This document shows, piece by piece, positions 1-13,507 of a DNA stretch of 64,000 bases. Positions within the stretch are counted from its first letter, which is position 1, and the number at the start of each line of letters is the position of its first letter. Where the stretch lies: contig NC_069001.1 of NCBI RefSeq assembly GCF_001194135.2, positions 25,900,762-25,964,761 on the forward strand, given 5' to 3'. The stretch comes from Octopus bimaculoides (taxonomy: Eukaryota). The notes beneath the pieces were generated by a model. It made no database searches, was not told where the DNA came from, and worked only from the letters and a program-made list of their open reading frames with translations. Both the position numbers and the translations under genes were made by a program.

Positions 1-49
<49 letters not shown>
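1..49. repeat. (TA)n microsatellite
   Basis: Directly visible at the window start. Confidence 0.97.
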
Positions 50-52
<3 letters not shown>

Positions 53-329
53 TATAGACACATACAAGCATATAAAAGCATGTGTATGCCTGTACTTACG
101 TGTTTTTATAAGAATAGCGGTACCAGGTGGAAATCATCGGTTTCAGATTGTAATAATTATATTTCCAAACGTAAATATTTACACTATAAACATATTGAAT
201 TCTCCCTCTCTGAGAAGATTCGGTACCGAGTAACTCCAATTTGATAAAGCATGTAACAAATAAATTATATTCTGTGGTTTGGATACATGTTTGTGCAACT
301 CATTGTAGAGTAAAAGTTACTGTTTATGC

Positions 330-1257
330 GTGAGACAATTCATTTAGGATTTTACCCACTACTCAAGTGACTGTGAGGATAGTTCAAAGGCTGGTAAACA
401 CTTCTCTTGCACAAGCCATGACCTCGAGAATATCCCATTGGTTTTAAGGCTGTAACAAGTTCGAAGTTTTCTGTTTATCCTTGAAACTACATTCTGCTTT
501 TAACACATCAGTTTCTAAACAAGTCATGCCCGGCACAAATATTTTACCTATTTCATGTTCAAACTGGGAATATCCAGCCTCTCACTCCTACTCTACGTGG
601 TCATTCTAAAAGTTAGATACACCCCAAATTCAGTCATTCTGTTTTACTGTCTGTTCGATGTCAAATTCTTTTTCATTAGTGAACACCAGGTTGGGAATAC
701 GTGACTTCAGCAATCTGGTGCAGGATATGACGTGTTCTGTCCAGTCTCATGTATTTATAAACTTGCGAGAGCTGATGACGGTGGATCATCTTGTAAGGCT
801 GTGTCCTGAGATCCTTTCTGAGCACTCGATACATAAATGATCGATTTATTTTAGATGTGGCTGCCTGTTATCTAACGGAACGATGATTTCGTCATATTTT
901 TTATCTGGTGGTTTTGATAAGCTGAGGGGTCCAGAAACGTCTTTTTCGGCCAATTTTTAGTTGATAATCGGGAACTAGTGTCCTGAATTTCTAGTCAATT
1001 TTCCAGAATGTTGCTCTGTTAATCTTAAGCTATTTTGCTAACGTCGTATTACTTTCATCTTCTTTGCGGTAGGTTATGGTTCTATTTCGGTTTATAACCA
1101 TTATCTAATTTATAAATCTGAATTTATTTAGTCTGAAACAAAAAGAAGACACACTAAGCTTTTCTAATGATGCATGATCTATGTTCATATCTTATCGCGT
1201 TTATTGATAGTTATTAAACCCCGAAAATCCGTTGCTTTAATTTTGGGAAACCCTGTG
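330..1257 (-). mobile_element. Decayed Tc1/mariner transposon, probably DD37D/maT-like, internally deleted
   Basis: The minus-strand translation with stops/frameshifts gives GRKR..TPQLIK..R.K..RNHRSVR..A....INRSFMYRVLRKDLRTQPYKMIHRHQL, then LVFTNEKEFDIEQTVKQND*IW (the FSDEK...QNDR.W region) and WDILEVMAC near 400. A TIR-like end TACACAGGGTTTCCCAAAA lies at ~1240-1258. Confidence 0.8.
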
Positions 1258-1832
1258 TATATGTAAATATATAATTGTGTGGTTGTGTGTGAGTAGTGGG
1301 AAGCGTATATTAGATTGTAAGCAGGAAGACTTTGAGAATATTCCTAAACTTCAAGAAAAAGATAGACAGCTACGACTAGATTGATATATGAAGAACCAAA
1401 TTCCTGTCTGTGACTTCTGAAAATAACAATAACAATTGCAGAAAAAATAAAACGATGTAACCTAAGAATGAATAGATAAAGAACTCCCATATTCCAAAAG
1501 TTCATTACACAATTCAATGTGATTCACAATCTCGAGTGCTGTCGTCTGCTTCGTTATCGATTCCTTGTTCTACTTATGAATAGGTCAATATGTTGATAGT
1601 TATATATCTCTGGCTTCCACCAAAACGATGCTGTGCCGTTAGTTTCTGCAACACTTAATGATTTCTGTCTCTCAGTTTATCATTTAAACTCTTTTTCTTT
1701 AACTGTGACAATTGATTATTGGTTAAATTACATATGTGCAGTTCGCTATCATTCTATATGTTTTATAGTGTACTTCCAGCAGTATTTCTCAATCTTTATT
1801 TCATTCATTCTTTCTTTCATTTAATCCTTTAT

Positions 1833-1952
<120 letters not shown>

Positions 1953-2024
1953 ATACTCTCAATTTCTTAACCTCTCTCGCTCTGTCCCCACACAAATACA
2001 GTCACACACATACAATCAATAATA

Positions 2025-2062
<38 letters not shown>

Positions 2063-2982
2063 TATATACAGATATATGTGCATATTTAGATATACATATA
2101 TACATATATATACAGATATATATATATATATATATATATGCATATATATATATGTATGTATATATATAAACATATATGTATTCTTAAGCATATATATATA
2201 TACATATGTACGCATGTATGTATGTATGTACGTATGTATGTATTATCGGCGTGGATAATTGTAGATTGCCTTCATCAATGGATGCATTGTCAGCGAATTT
2301 GAGAAGAAAAAATCGAATTCTCTCTCGATGTGCGTGCGTATGAAGACTGTAGATGGATACATATTTTCAGAAGTATACAAGAATATAGGTTTTGGGAAAG
2401 AATATGTTGCAGAGTAAAACACTTCAGATGAACGAAAACATAATACAATGACGTAGATAAATATAGCAAAATATATTAACAACAAGAAATACTTATCTCT
2501 GGAATCTTATATTTATACAGGAAATAACATACGTGAACATGGAAGTTTATAATTAAGATCCGTATTAGAAACGTCTGAGCAAGTATGACTATTTTTTTGT
2601 TAGTATATATTGCGTAACCACCAGCTTATCACGGACTTCAATTTGTTCAGCAACCTAAGAAATTAGTTGTGTCGTGTGGTATGATCTGTGTATCAGTGAA
2701 CTTATAGATAGATAGAATTGCATAAACAAATACACACACATATACATACATGCATGCATATAGCAGACGAGTATACGTCACTGAGGATGATCAAATAAGA
2801 TAGAAATTAAGTGATATGTTGATCTTCGAGCTCGGATCGTGAAGAATTCTCTCCCTGCTTGCAATATATATAGATTGCGAAGCACTCTGAACAACCAGCT
2901 GGACGAGTCCTCCTCCTGGGGTTAAACCAGCAGTAACATCTGTTCTTGTAGGACACCCACGTTTAAATGATGAGAAACATTA

Positions 2983-3014
<32 letters not shown>

Positions 3015-3015
<1 letters not shown>

Positions 3016-3222
3016 GCCATGATAGATCGCTGACCACTACACTTATGTTTTTATCTCTCTTTGTTTCTCTCCTTGTCTCTTTCTGTGTTCCTTTCTGTCG
3101 AAGAGTGTAGGCTGGAAACGTTACAGACCTTCTCTATTCCCGAGCGTTATACTAATACATCCATTTGCTGTTTACACCACCTGTCTTCGTCTGTTGTTTT
3201 TTTGTAAATTCGAGTGCAGAAA
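3015..3222 (+). mobile_element. PLE-type terminal repeat remnant with a degenerate hammerhead-like core
   Basis: Homologous to the minus-strand copy at ~25877-26060 (shared GAAGAGTGTAGGCT.GAAACGT...CCCGAGCGTTA.ACTA.TACA...GTTTA.AC.ACCTG.CTTCGT). Core-like motif at 3091-3127. Confidence 0.55.
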
Positions 3223-3629
3223 AACTATAAGAACAGAGGAGAGAGATTTACCCTTAAAAGGTGGAAAAATTTGCCAGCTGGCGGCTACCGGAGTCGGACT
3301 TGTATCTGTTAGATTGTTGTTGTCAGGAGCCGTTTTCATTAGCTGAACGTCCCTTGACAAAACCTGCTATTATTTTAATGCTCAGTCATATCTTTTGGAA
3401 TGCGACTGAAGTACCATGCCATGTAGCCAGTACTTGGATCTCCCTGTATATTCATGTATTTCAAAAGACAAAGATCTCAGTAGAGGCTGTATGATAAACT
3501 CAGCGTTTTCCTTACGAAAAGTCATCGCCTGAAATATCACAGAATTTCAGACCAAAAATTATAGAATTTATTTATAGATTGTTCAGTTGCATCTAATTAC
3601 ACTTTTGTCACGATACTGATTTCAAATGT

Positions 3630-3852
3630 GGGCACAAAGCCAGCAATTTTGAGGGAGGGGACCATAAGCTGATTATATCAACCCCAGTGTTTCACCGAAT
3701 ATATCAACCCTTGTGTTCATCAGATGGTACTTTTTTTTGCCGACTTCGAAAAGAGAAACTGTGACGTCGACCTCGACGGAATTTGAAATCAGAACCTGAA
3801 GACGTACAAAATGCCACTATGCATGTTCGCAGGCTTGCTAACGATTCTTCAT
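3630..3852 (-). mobile_element. tRNA-derived SINE, Nin/Deu-domain type, degenerate
   Basis: The reverse complement has GGTGAGAATGAAGAATCGTTAGCA...TTCAAATTCCGTCGAGGTCGAC, as in other copies in the window. Confidence 0.6.
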
Positions 3853-3904
3853 TCTCACCACTTTCGTGTCTCTTAATATCCGTTTCGCACTTCGTCACAA
3901 GCGC

Positions 3905-4090
3905 AGCAGCTCCACGGGAATTAGTAAACCGATTACATCAATTACAACTGATACTTACATCGATTACAACTGAAATCCCAAAAGGATAAACGGCAAAGTC
4001 GGCCTCGGTGGAATTTGGAGTCAGAAAGTGAAGACGGAAGAAATGTCACTAAGCATTTTTGCCGGCGCAGTAACGATTTTGAGAGCTCAC
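3905..4090 (-). mobile_element. tRNA-derived SINE, Nin/Deu-domain type
   Basis: Reverse complement GGTGAGCTCTCAAAATCGTTA...CCAAATTCCACCGAGGCCGACTTTGCCGTTTATCCTTTTGGG. Confidence 0.7.
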
Positions 4091-4209
4091 CACATTTCAG
4101 AAGTTTTGTGCTTGTTTTAGGAGAGGCAGTTTATTACTGTTCCAGATTATTGTAGTTTCAGTATTTAATTACTCTACGCCTACTAAACCAACCTCTCACC
4201 TTTGTTTTA

Positions 4210-4615
4210 TTACGGGTCGAAGGAGACAGCTATAAAAGTATTTATTTTCAACACACGCTACTAACAGCGCTTGTCATATCTGACTAGTTTCTAAATACCG
4301 TCAGGACGTTTCGAAGCTCGCTATGCCGTAGTTTTGTGTCAAACTGGACAGAAACTTATGAAATGCTCCAGACAGCTAATGGAGTAATATCTTCACTAGT
4401 ACAAGATGTTCAAACGTACTAGGGAGGAGGTGAAGGACTATAAGGTGAGTGGAAGTGAGGGGGACGTCCGAAGATGAAAGCTGGTTAAGCAAATTCGCAA
4501 GTTGTCACTAAAGACAATAAGCATACCGTTTGGTGTTCGTGTGGCAACTGTACATAAATTATTGCTAATGATCTGTGCATACGCACACTTTGTGCAAACT
4601 TTGGTTCCTTAGTCC
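4210..4615 (+). mobile_element. Mariner transposase N-terminal (HTH) remnant
   Basis: Frameshifted translation RYAV.FCVKL / ETYEMLQTANG / GRP / VH..IANDLCIRTLCANF, matching the mariner pattern QRYAIKFCVKLGK..TETYEML..AYG...LCAKFVP. Confidence 0.7.
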
Positions 4616-4860
4616 TCTGTGAAGAGCATTCTGTTAAGCAACTACTTGACAGAAATTGGCATCGAAACTGTCACTCACCTTCCTTACAATCCAAGCATGT
4701 CTTATGACTTTTGGTTGTTCCCCACACTGAAAGAGAACCCCAATATTTGTCTTTCTGGGGATAATATAAAGATATTGTGAAGGAGCATGTGGAAAGCAAT
4801 GTTCTGCAGGGAGTGTTCCAAGAGTTATTATAGCGCTCTCTTTCAAAGTTTGCATGTCTG
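4615..4860 (-). mobile_element. Possible PLE GIY-YIG C-terminal fragment, inverted relative to the neighbouring PLE
   Basis: Minus frames give HANFERERYNNS, KTCLDCKE and LLNRMLF, loosely like the PLE pattern H.SSF.HERY.NST / C.LCL.EK / LLNKRSEL. Weak. Confidence 0.35.
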
Positions 4861-4979
4861 CGTATTACATCTATAATGCTGATATAATTAAATTACAGTA
4901 ATCTACAACATATACAACTGCTCCTCGTAAAACGTCTCAAAACATCTGCAACGTACTTCGTACATTAATCATCTACGCC

Positions 4980-6136
4980 TTTTACAGAAAATCCCTTTAG
5001 AAATATTTGGCTGAGAATATCTAAAGTGTCTGTAACAAAGAAGCATTCAATGATTGCGCTGGATATCATATTGAGGCACTGAAAAGATGTGGATGCAACG
5101 AAATCATAAAGTACATTCCACTCAATAAAAAGGAAACCACGCTAGAAAGATAAGATGCCTATGACTCTAAAGAATAATGATAAGAGATCTTAGGGTGTTA
5201 GAAGTCGATATCAAAATCAAAGCAATCGAACTGGGAATTAGAAACGTTATTGTAATTCTACGGTCATTAAAGATCCTAACCGTTATGGATGTACAATTAA
5301 CACACACGAGATTAATAATACCACAAATTACATTTTAAATTACCAAGAGAAAACTGTTAATGTAATAAATGCTCTTCAGAAATTAACGCAAACAATTCAG
5401 AGAACAAATATTCAAGTCATAATTAATAGGGAAAAGTCTGAGTATGATTTATTAAAGGGCAATAATTGTAAGTATTTATCAGATAATGGATGGAGATGAT
5501 GGAAGGAGTTCTATATTTCTAATAAGGTATATCAGAATGATAACAACATGCCGGCATTAAAATGTGATATTCTGTTAAAACATTCTTTTCTATTCATGAC
5601 ACAAATAATTACTTTTCCAACGAACTTTAGAAAACCATGAAATGAAACACCTTGCTATATCGTTCCATGGACAAGAAACGCAAAAACGTATTGCAGACAC
5701 AAACGTTTTACTCTATCTAAACAAGATCCTTCCACCTAGAGATAAATATAAAAGTAATGTTAATCAATATACGTTGAAATTCTCATTTTCAGTATACTCA
5801 AAGGTAGAAGAAAACGTAGACTATCCCATTAACAAATAAACTCAGTACAATCCTTATGTCTGGCAAAACATAAATTGTCTTGCTTATCATAATACTAATA
5901 GCAACTTAAACGAAGATAAAATTATCCCAATACTCAATCTATGAATAGGAATGGAACGAGTTGAGTATGTATTTTAAACACTCGAAGTATGGGAAAATAG
6001 ATTTGAGACAAGATAACACTGGTAATTCGTAGAAAGAGGAAATATGCTGAAATAAATATTACTCGTATAAATACAAAAATTAAGTAAACTAAAACAGAAC
6101 TTGCGTGTTGAGAGATTTCATGCATCCAATAGCCAA

Positions 6137-6171
<35 letters not shown>

Positions 6172-6590
6172 TAATAATAACAGCAGTGGATTCAAAAGTA
6201 ATACTATATGCCTCAACACTGAAATATAAACAGTTGTGTTAGTACAAAAGACTTGAATCAATGGAATAGAAAGCTAAATGGTAGCCGCAACAATATACGC
6301 ATACGGGATGATGTATGTCTCCCTGCAGACTATTCCTTTACCCCCAAGCTTCAAAGCAGCTATTGTATATCCCCTTCAAGAGAGGAGAATCATACATAAT
6401 TTTGCATACAAAAGCAACGTCTTTACACAAGCTGAATATACATATTATAAAGTTCTGTCGCCTAACCTCGTTAAATTACGCTATAATAGACATATATGTA
6501 TTGGGCTATCCGGAAAGTTTGTGCCGATTAATAGCAGCTTACCTTTCGACTTATTTTAGAACATGGTTGAGTACATTAAATAGGATTTGA
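4980..6590 (+). mobile_element. Penelope-like retroelement remnant (RT thumb, linker, GIY-YIG), heavily decayed
   Basis: Translated pieces: CNKEAFNDCAGYHIEALKRCGCNEIIKYIP (~5030-5120), LNKILPPRDKYKSNVNQYTLKFSFS (~5720-5790), an (AAT)n linker (~6140-6180), and YPLQERRIIHNFAYKSNV...VKLRYNRH (~6365-6495). Confidence 0.6.
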
Positions 6591-6811
6591 CTACACCTCA
6601 ATATAGAGCACAGTTTAAGCTATCTTTTCGTGGAAGAAGGTTTATGTTCCTATAACCTGTGTTAATTCTGTAACCCTTTAAAATGGCTTTAAGGTGCTTA
6701 ACACTGGCGTCATGAGAGTTATATACTCCGCTAAGCCATTTCAGTCACCAGAAAATACAGAAAGCACATACGTTAATATATGTAATTAACAAATATATAC
6801 ACATATGTATA

Positions 6812-6963
6812 TACGACGGCTTCTTTCAATTTCCGTCTACCAAACCCACTCAGAAGGCTTTGGCTGGCCCGACGCTATAGTAGAAGAAACTGCAAAATGT
6901 TCCTAGTAGTGGGTTTCATCCAGCAAGCATATGGTTGGGAAGCAATCTTCTTACCACAGAGCC
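6812..6963 (-). mobile_element. CORE-like tRNA SINE, 5' part, degenerate
   Basis: Aligns by eye to 12310-12470 (CGACGGCTTCTTTCAATTTCCGTCTACCAAA...GCTATAGTAGAAGA...CTTCTTACCACAGAGCC). Confidence 0.8.
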
Positions 6964-7555
6964 TATAAATAAATACATATTTTTTTTAATGAAGGTGCGA
7001 CGTGTACAAATGAAGCTCTTAAAAAGTGTTTTAGCCTTTTATATATCACTAAACGTAATGACTGAAAACTTAATCTGAAACAGATAGAAGCTTTCTGAAA
7101 TTGTAAATAAAATAAGTATTATAAGAAATTAATATAATGCGGAAGTACAATTAGTAGGACGTCGTAGAAGATCATGTTTCTGCAAAGACAAAACTATTGG
7201 GTATTATTAGCAACTTATTTGTTTGCTTGTAAAACATTTTATACAGTCGGAGGCTTTGACACTTCTGTCCCCCAAACAGATCAGATTTAAATTTTATTGA
7301 TAACCACTAAAGGTCGTGGATGTCCAGGTGTTGACCGAAAGGAATAAGGACCATGTAGTGCAGAAATGTTAACATTTGCCTTCCTGGAATGAAGTCATAG
7401 AAAATAAATGCTGATTTATAGAAAAATGTTTCAAGAAAGCTTATGGAGATTATGTGCACATATGTTTATTTAAATACTTTTTTCATTGTTTTTTTTCTTC
7501 TTGCTCGCAAGGAGTTGGTTTTAAAATTACCATATGTCCTCAAACTTCACTCGCA

Positions 7556-7556
<1 letters not shown>

Positions 7557-7637
<81 letters not shown>

Positions 7638-7645
7638 GTGTGTGT
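7557..7645. repeat. (TG)n microsatellite forming part of an inverted duplication with 8194-8276
   Basis: Directly visible. Confidence 0.95.
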
Positions 7646-8518
7646 CGTACTTTATTTACTCTGACTTTAAAACCATTTACGCTTTATTCATTAAGTTATT
7701 ATGTTGCTGTAAAGATCGAGAACAAAATTCTTGGCATAAATATTAAAAGAAATTCAATTCTTTCTTCTGTAGTTCTGACGAGAAATAACTTAGTTCATTT
7801 TTCTTTTATTCATTCCTTTATCTATTATCTCAATCAATTTGATCAACAATGATATTTTGAATGGCCTAGTGATCAATGCTTAACTATAATACTTCTGCAT
7901 TTCATACACTGTATTTTACTTATGAATATTCTTCGAGTATAAATAAATGACTTTATTGCATGATATAAACCAATGTATTTTTGGCATAATATTAAGTATA
8001 ACAGTAGCATATAGAAGTGGATAATACATGTGTTTTTCGAACCTCATATAAAAAAAAATAAAGGTTTTTCTGTTTCTTTGCTCACTAGCAATAAATCATA
8101 GAATGTGTGAACTCTACCCTAACTACTCAGGTAAACAGACGTGGTCCTTCGAGATTACTTAGTAATAAACATCCACATCTAGTGAAAACTAGATTAAAGT
8201 CAGAGTAAATAAAGTACGACACACACACACGCACATACACGCACACACACGCACACACAGACACACACATTGAGAGAGAGGTCAATGAACACCCCCATAA
8301 CACCGTAGCCAGTAACCAAAATGAACCAGAATGCAGATGATTTACATTTAGTATAGTAGCAGTTGTTGAAGCTGGCTTTATTGAATAACATAGAAAAGAA
8401 GGTTTATTTTTATCCTCACATCATTTTTTTTTTATAAAGTTACTATCTGTTATAGTGTATCTGTTTCTTTTATAAACTTAAATCTGTCCTCAAATATCTT
8501 ACACACCCTGTATATATA

Positions 8519-8656
8519 NNNNNNNNNNNNNNNNNNNNNNNNNNNNNNNNNNNNNNNNNNNNNNNNNNNNNNNNNNNNNNNNNNNNNNNNNNNNNNNNNN
8601 NNNNNNNNNNNNNNNNNNNNNNNNNNNNNNNNNNNNNNNNNNNNNNNNNNNNNNNN
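8519..8656. other. Assembly gap (N run); other gaps at 9240-9249, 9939-10129, 27074-27336 and 43256-43465
   Basis: N runs; four of the five abut (TA)n tracts. Confidence 0.99.
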
Positions 8657-9769
8657 ATATATATATATATATATAAAATACATACGTACATACATATATC
8701 AGTGCACACACATATGCATACATACACACACACATATCGGTAAATACGAGTGGATGTCAACATAGTATGGCTATATTAAACGGTTAATTTGTTGGTAAAT
8801 TGTCTGGAGCGTTTGAGCTTTCTTCTGTGTGCAGGTATTTGTACTTAAAGATACTTGTCATTGGTTGTTTTGTTCTTGTTCCAAGGCAAGCAAATACTGA
8901 TGTTTGCTTCAGTGGTCTTGTTTTTATTTAGGAATACAAAGTCATTTGTGTGATGCACAGGAATTGACACGAGTCATCTTTAGTTCGACATTTTCAAAGG
9001 AAAGCAATTCCGTCGAATCCATTTAATTGGAAGGCTTGAATTGCAAAAGAGGTGAGACGCACACTTTCCGATTAATGGAAAAATACATACAGGCAAATAG
9101 CTGGGCGTGACATACTTCGATACAAAATATATACGCATACATGCATTCATACATAGAGACATCCATGCATAGATACAAACACATACCCACACATGCACAA
9201 AAACATCGACGCACGCACACACACACGTATATATATATANNNNNNNNNNTATTTATTTGAAGTTAAACAAAAAGATTAGAATGAACTGTAAGAAAAGTGA
9301 AGACCTTTTGTACAGTCCGCGTTTAGTATATTTGAAGGAGAATATGTTTGATAGTGACTTCGAAGTTTCAGCCAAGTAAAACTCCATTCGAATCAAGATT
9401 GGCTGGCGGAACATCGAAGTAACTGTAAATACCGATGAATGTGTGTGTGTATGTGTGTGTGCATACGTACCGCATATGGATGGATAGAAATGTAGATAGA
9501 TAGATAGATAGATAGATAAGTAAAGAGATAGGTAAATAGATAGATAGGGAGAGGTAGGCAGATAGATAGATAGATAGATAGATACATACATATAATACGT
9601 AGATTAACAGTTAGACAAGTATTCCGTTTCAAGGCTGAGGAAATACATTAATTATTTGAAAAAAAAAATCTATAGATTTTATACAGATTAACACACACGC
9701 ACGCAATCGTACACATCAACACATGCATATAGAAACACGCACACATGCGCACACTCACTCACACACACA

Positions 9770-9807
<38 letters not shown>

Positions 9808-9889
9808 TATGTATATATATATATATATATACAATCATACATACATATATATAAGTATATATAACATATATGGAAACATATGTATATAC

Positions 9890-9938
<49 letters not shown>

Positions 9939-10167
9939 NNNNNNNNNNNNNNNNNNNNNNNNNNNNNNNNNNNNNNNNNNNNNNNNNNNNNNNNNNNNNN
10001 NNNNNNNNNNNNNNNNNNNNNNNNNNNNNNNNNNNNNNNNNNNNNNNNNNNNNNNNNNNNNNNNNNNNNNNNNNNNNNNNNNNNNNNNNNNNNNNNNNNN
10101 NNNNNNNNNNNNNNNNNNNNNNNNNNNNNATATATATCCAGTGTATATATATGCAGTATATATGTAC

Positions 10168-10209
<42 letters not shown>

Positions 10210-10502
10210 TATGTCGGCGTGTACGTATGTATATGTGAGTATCTATCTATCTCACTCAGTCTCTGTGTATGAATATGTGTCTGTGCGTGTGTGTTTGCAT
10301 TGTTTGTTTGTTTGTTATTTGCGCGGATGGCGTGTGTTCTGTCCAGATGGCGAATGGTGAGATATAATTCTGCTAATAGTAAGGCGGCCCAGACAAGATT
10401 ATGAGGTCGACATGTTCAGCTAGTTGAAAATATGATTTATAGCATTCTGGATTTATAGTTATGGTGTGTAGGACGGGGACGAGTGCATGAGGGAGTGAAC
10501 AG

Positions 10503-10621
<119 letters not shown>

Positions 10622-10924
10622 GTATATATATAGAATAGAATTTATGTGAGTGGTGTGTATGTATATATTACGGATATAGAGATATTTCCATGTATAAGTA
10701 TTTGTAATCTTTTTACTGTTAGTTGTTTTAATCTTTAGACTGCGGCTATGCTGGGTCACCACCTAGAGGATTTTAGCGCAATGAATCGGCCACAAGGCTT
10801 TTTGTTTTATATGCGTAATCCTTATTCTATGGCTAGTTTGACTGAACAACTAAGTGCCGGGAACCTAAATACAATCAACGATGTTTGGTAAACGGGAGTG
10901 GGGAGAAACACAGATACACACACA

Positions 10925-10961
<37 letters not shown>

Positions 10962-11001
10962 AAACACACACACAGAGAAAAACACACACACATGCATATA
11001 A

Positions 11002-11137
11002 ATGACGGACTTCTTTCGGTTTCCATCTACCTAATGCTTTCACAATATTAGAAGACACTTGCTTTTGGGGTATCACGGAGTAGGGCTGAAGACAGAACCT
11101 TGTGACTGGGAAGCACGCTTTTAACCACACAGCTACG
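11002..11137 (-). mobile_element. CORE-like tRNA SINE, 5' part, degenerate
   Basis: ATGACGGACTTCTTTCGGTTTCCATCTACC...AGAAGACACTTGC...AACCACACAGC, homologous to 12310-12470. Confidence 0.7.
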
Positions 11138-11219
11138 TCTATATATATATAGTATATTTTATCTTTTATATTGTCAATTTTGTTTTTCTGTATGTATATA
11201 TATATATATATATATATAC

Positions 11220-11253
<34 letters not shown>

Positions 11254-11354
11254 CTACATATATAGATATATACATCTACATATATAAGAAATCGACCAAA
11301 GGACTTATTCTTTGCAAGCCCAGTAGTTATTTTATGTTTTTTGCCCATTACACG

Positions 11355-11605
11355 ATGAGTGTATGTGTACGTGTGTGTCTTTGTGTACGTTTGTCCACCC
11401 TACACACGCACACACGCACACACTCATCACTTGACAACCTATGTTGGTGTATTTAAGTCCAAGTAACTTAGCGATTCGTCAAAAGTGAATGACAGAATAA
11501 CTACCGGGCTTGCAAAGAATAAATCCTGGGGAGCATTCTACGTCTAAAAGATGGTGCTCCTGCATGGTTTTCGTCAAATGATGAAACAAGTAAAAGAATA
11601 AAAGA
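11355..11605 (+). mobile_element. CORE-like SINE, 3' part
   Basis: CTTGACAACC.ATGTTGGTGT...GGTGCTCC.GCATGG...GAAACAAGTAAAAGAATAAAAGA, the same family as 12086-12230 and 37842-37990 read on the opposite strand. Confidence 0.75.
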
Positions 11606-11669
11606 ATTCACAGAAAGTATTATCCTGCTGCTCGTTACCTTACTGAAAGTTCTAGATAGCTACTTATAT

Positions 11670-11886
11670 TTAGTTCTTTATTGCCCACGAGGGGCTAAAC
11701 CTAGAGAGTACAAACAAGGACAGAGAAATGGATTAATTCAATTACATCGACCTCAGTGCGTAACTGGTACTTATTTAATCGACGCCGAAAGGATAAAAGG
11801 CAAGGTCGATCCAGAACGTATCGGCAGACGAAATACATCTAAGCATTTCGTCTGGCATACTAACGTTTATGCCAGAGCGCCACCTT
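11670..11886 (-). mobile_element. Nin/Deu-domain tRNA SINE with a CTGTCCTTG...GTTTAGCCCC...AATAAAGAA tail
   Basis: The reverse complement shows the head GGTGGCGCTCTGGCATAAACGTTAG, the central GACCTTGCCTTTTATCCTTTCGGCGTCGATTAAATAAGTACCAG, and this distinct tail. Confidence 0.85.
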
Positions 11887-12085
11887 AATGCTATTATATT
11901 GGATATGTTTCCACTAAACCACTTGGCACGTTTTCTTTGAAATCCTAAAGCACGCTCCACCACGAAGGAGAGCTTGAAATATTCAACGAAAACCGAAAAC
12001 AAATGTAATGTTGTAGTAATGAAATGGACGGAACAATGATGGCGGAGCCCTCGAATGACTACTGCCGACAAGCTAAAATATACGC

Positions 12086-12472
12086 TTTTACTCTTTTACT
12101 TGTTTCAGTCATTTGACTGAGGCCATGCTGGAGCACCGCTTTTAGTCGAGAAAATCGCCCCAATCTTTGTAAGCCTAGTACTTATTTTGCCGAACCGCTA
12201 TTTTACGGGGACGTCAACACACCACGATTTTTTTTTTTTTGGGGGGGGGGACAAACAGAGACACACAAACATACACACACATAAATATACATATATATAT
12301 ACATATATATGACGGGCTTCTTTCAGTTTCCGTCTACCAAATCCACTCACAAGGCTTTGGTCGGCCCGAGGCTATAGTAGAAGACACTTGCCCAATGTGC
12401 CACGCAGTGGGACTGAACCCGGAACCATGTGGTTGGTAAGCAAGCTACTTACCACACAGCCACTCCTGTGCC
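12086..12472 (-). mobile_element. Full-length CORE-like tRNA-derived SINE, best-preserved copy
   Basis: Minus strand: A box TGGCTGTGTGG, B box GGTTCAGTCCC, core TTGGGCAAGTGTCTTCTACTATAGCCTCGGG, an internal (TA/TG) tract, and tail GAAACAAGTAAAAGAGTAAAA. Several homologues in the window. Confidence 0.9.
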
Positions 12473-13460
12473 TACATATATATTAAGGAATAAAAGAATA
12501 AAAACTATAAATACACACAAGTTCATACTCTCTGACACTCACGCATACTATTATTTCCGGTGTAAACTATCATGTTACTCAATGACCGTGCAGCGAACAA
12601 ATAATGTTGTTCTGTAGTTCTGCAGATATATAATGGTTTTCTATTTAGTTGAGAAAACCAGCAATTGTAAGAGGAGGTGATCAGTCGATATAATTGCTCC
12701 CTAGTACTTGACTTGCACTTTATTTTATAAATAGGGGAGGGACGTAAGACATAAATGACCTCGGCGGAAATTTTAATGAATATGTATATTTTACTTCACT
12801 TGCCGTCTAGTTTTTCCCCTCCTGCTTCCAACACTAAACGAATACACATACATAAATGAATACATACACACACCCAACGCACACACAAACACCTACATAC
12901 ATTTCCATGCATGCATACATATACACATACATAAGTGTGTGTCTGCGCGTCAATGTGTATACAAAGAGAGAGTGAAAGGGAGAAAGTAAGAAAGGGAGGA
13001 AGAGGTATCCGTTTAGATGAGAGTGTTGGCATGTGGCAGAAACAATTAATGATGGAAACAGATATGGAAGCAGATGATAGAATGGAACTGCGGTGATACT
13101 AAATACAGAGAAAAAGACGGCTGGGAAAGCGTTAGAACGATAAATTAATTCAGAGAATGTTTGAGGAATAAAGATAGAGAGCGAATGAGAGGGTACGGGA
13201 GTGTATTGCAGTGATAAAGATGATTAATTGCTGTTTGTCAGCTTATTTTTAGTTAGCTTGAACCACTGACTGAGGTAGAGAAGTGATGAGTGAGATAGAG
13301 TCTGCATTGAGAGAGGAATGAGGGGGAGAGAGAAATTTTGAGAAATGAGACGCTTGGTCTATGTAGGGAGAGTGAAGGAGATCAGAAAATAGAAAGCGTT
13401 TGAAAGAAAATTGTCTACGTTAGATAATGGGTGAGACAAGACGAGGCTGAGAAATAGAGT

Positions 13461-13507
<47 letters not shown>

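Noticed and set aside
2780-2815. CTGAGGA...GAAA hammerhead-like motif
   Set aside because: Stem II is imperfect and there is no valid stem III/UH cleavage triplet.
12400-12472. tRNA-like A/B boxes here and at other SINE heads
   Set aside because: They continue into SINE bodies and do not form a full cloverleaf, so I did not call tRNA genes.
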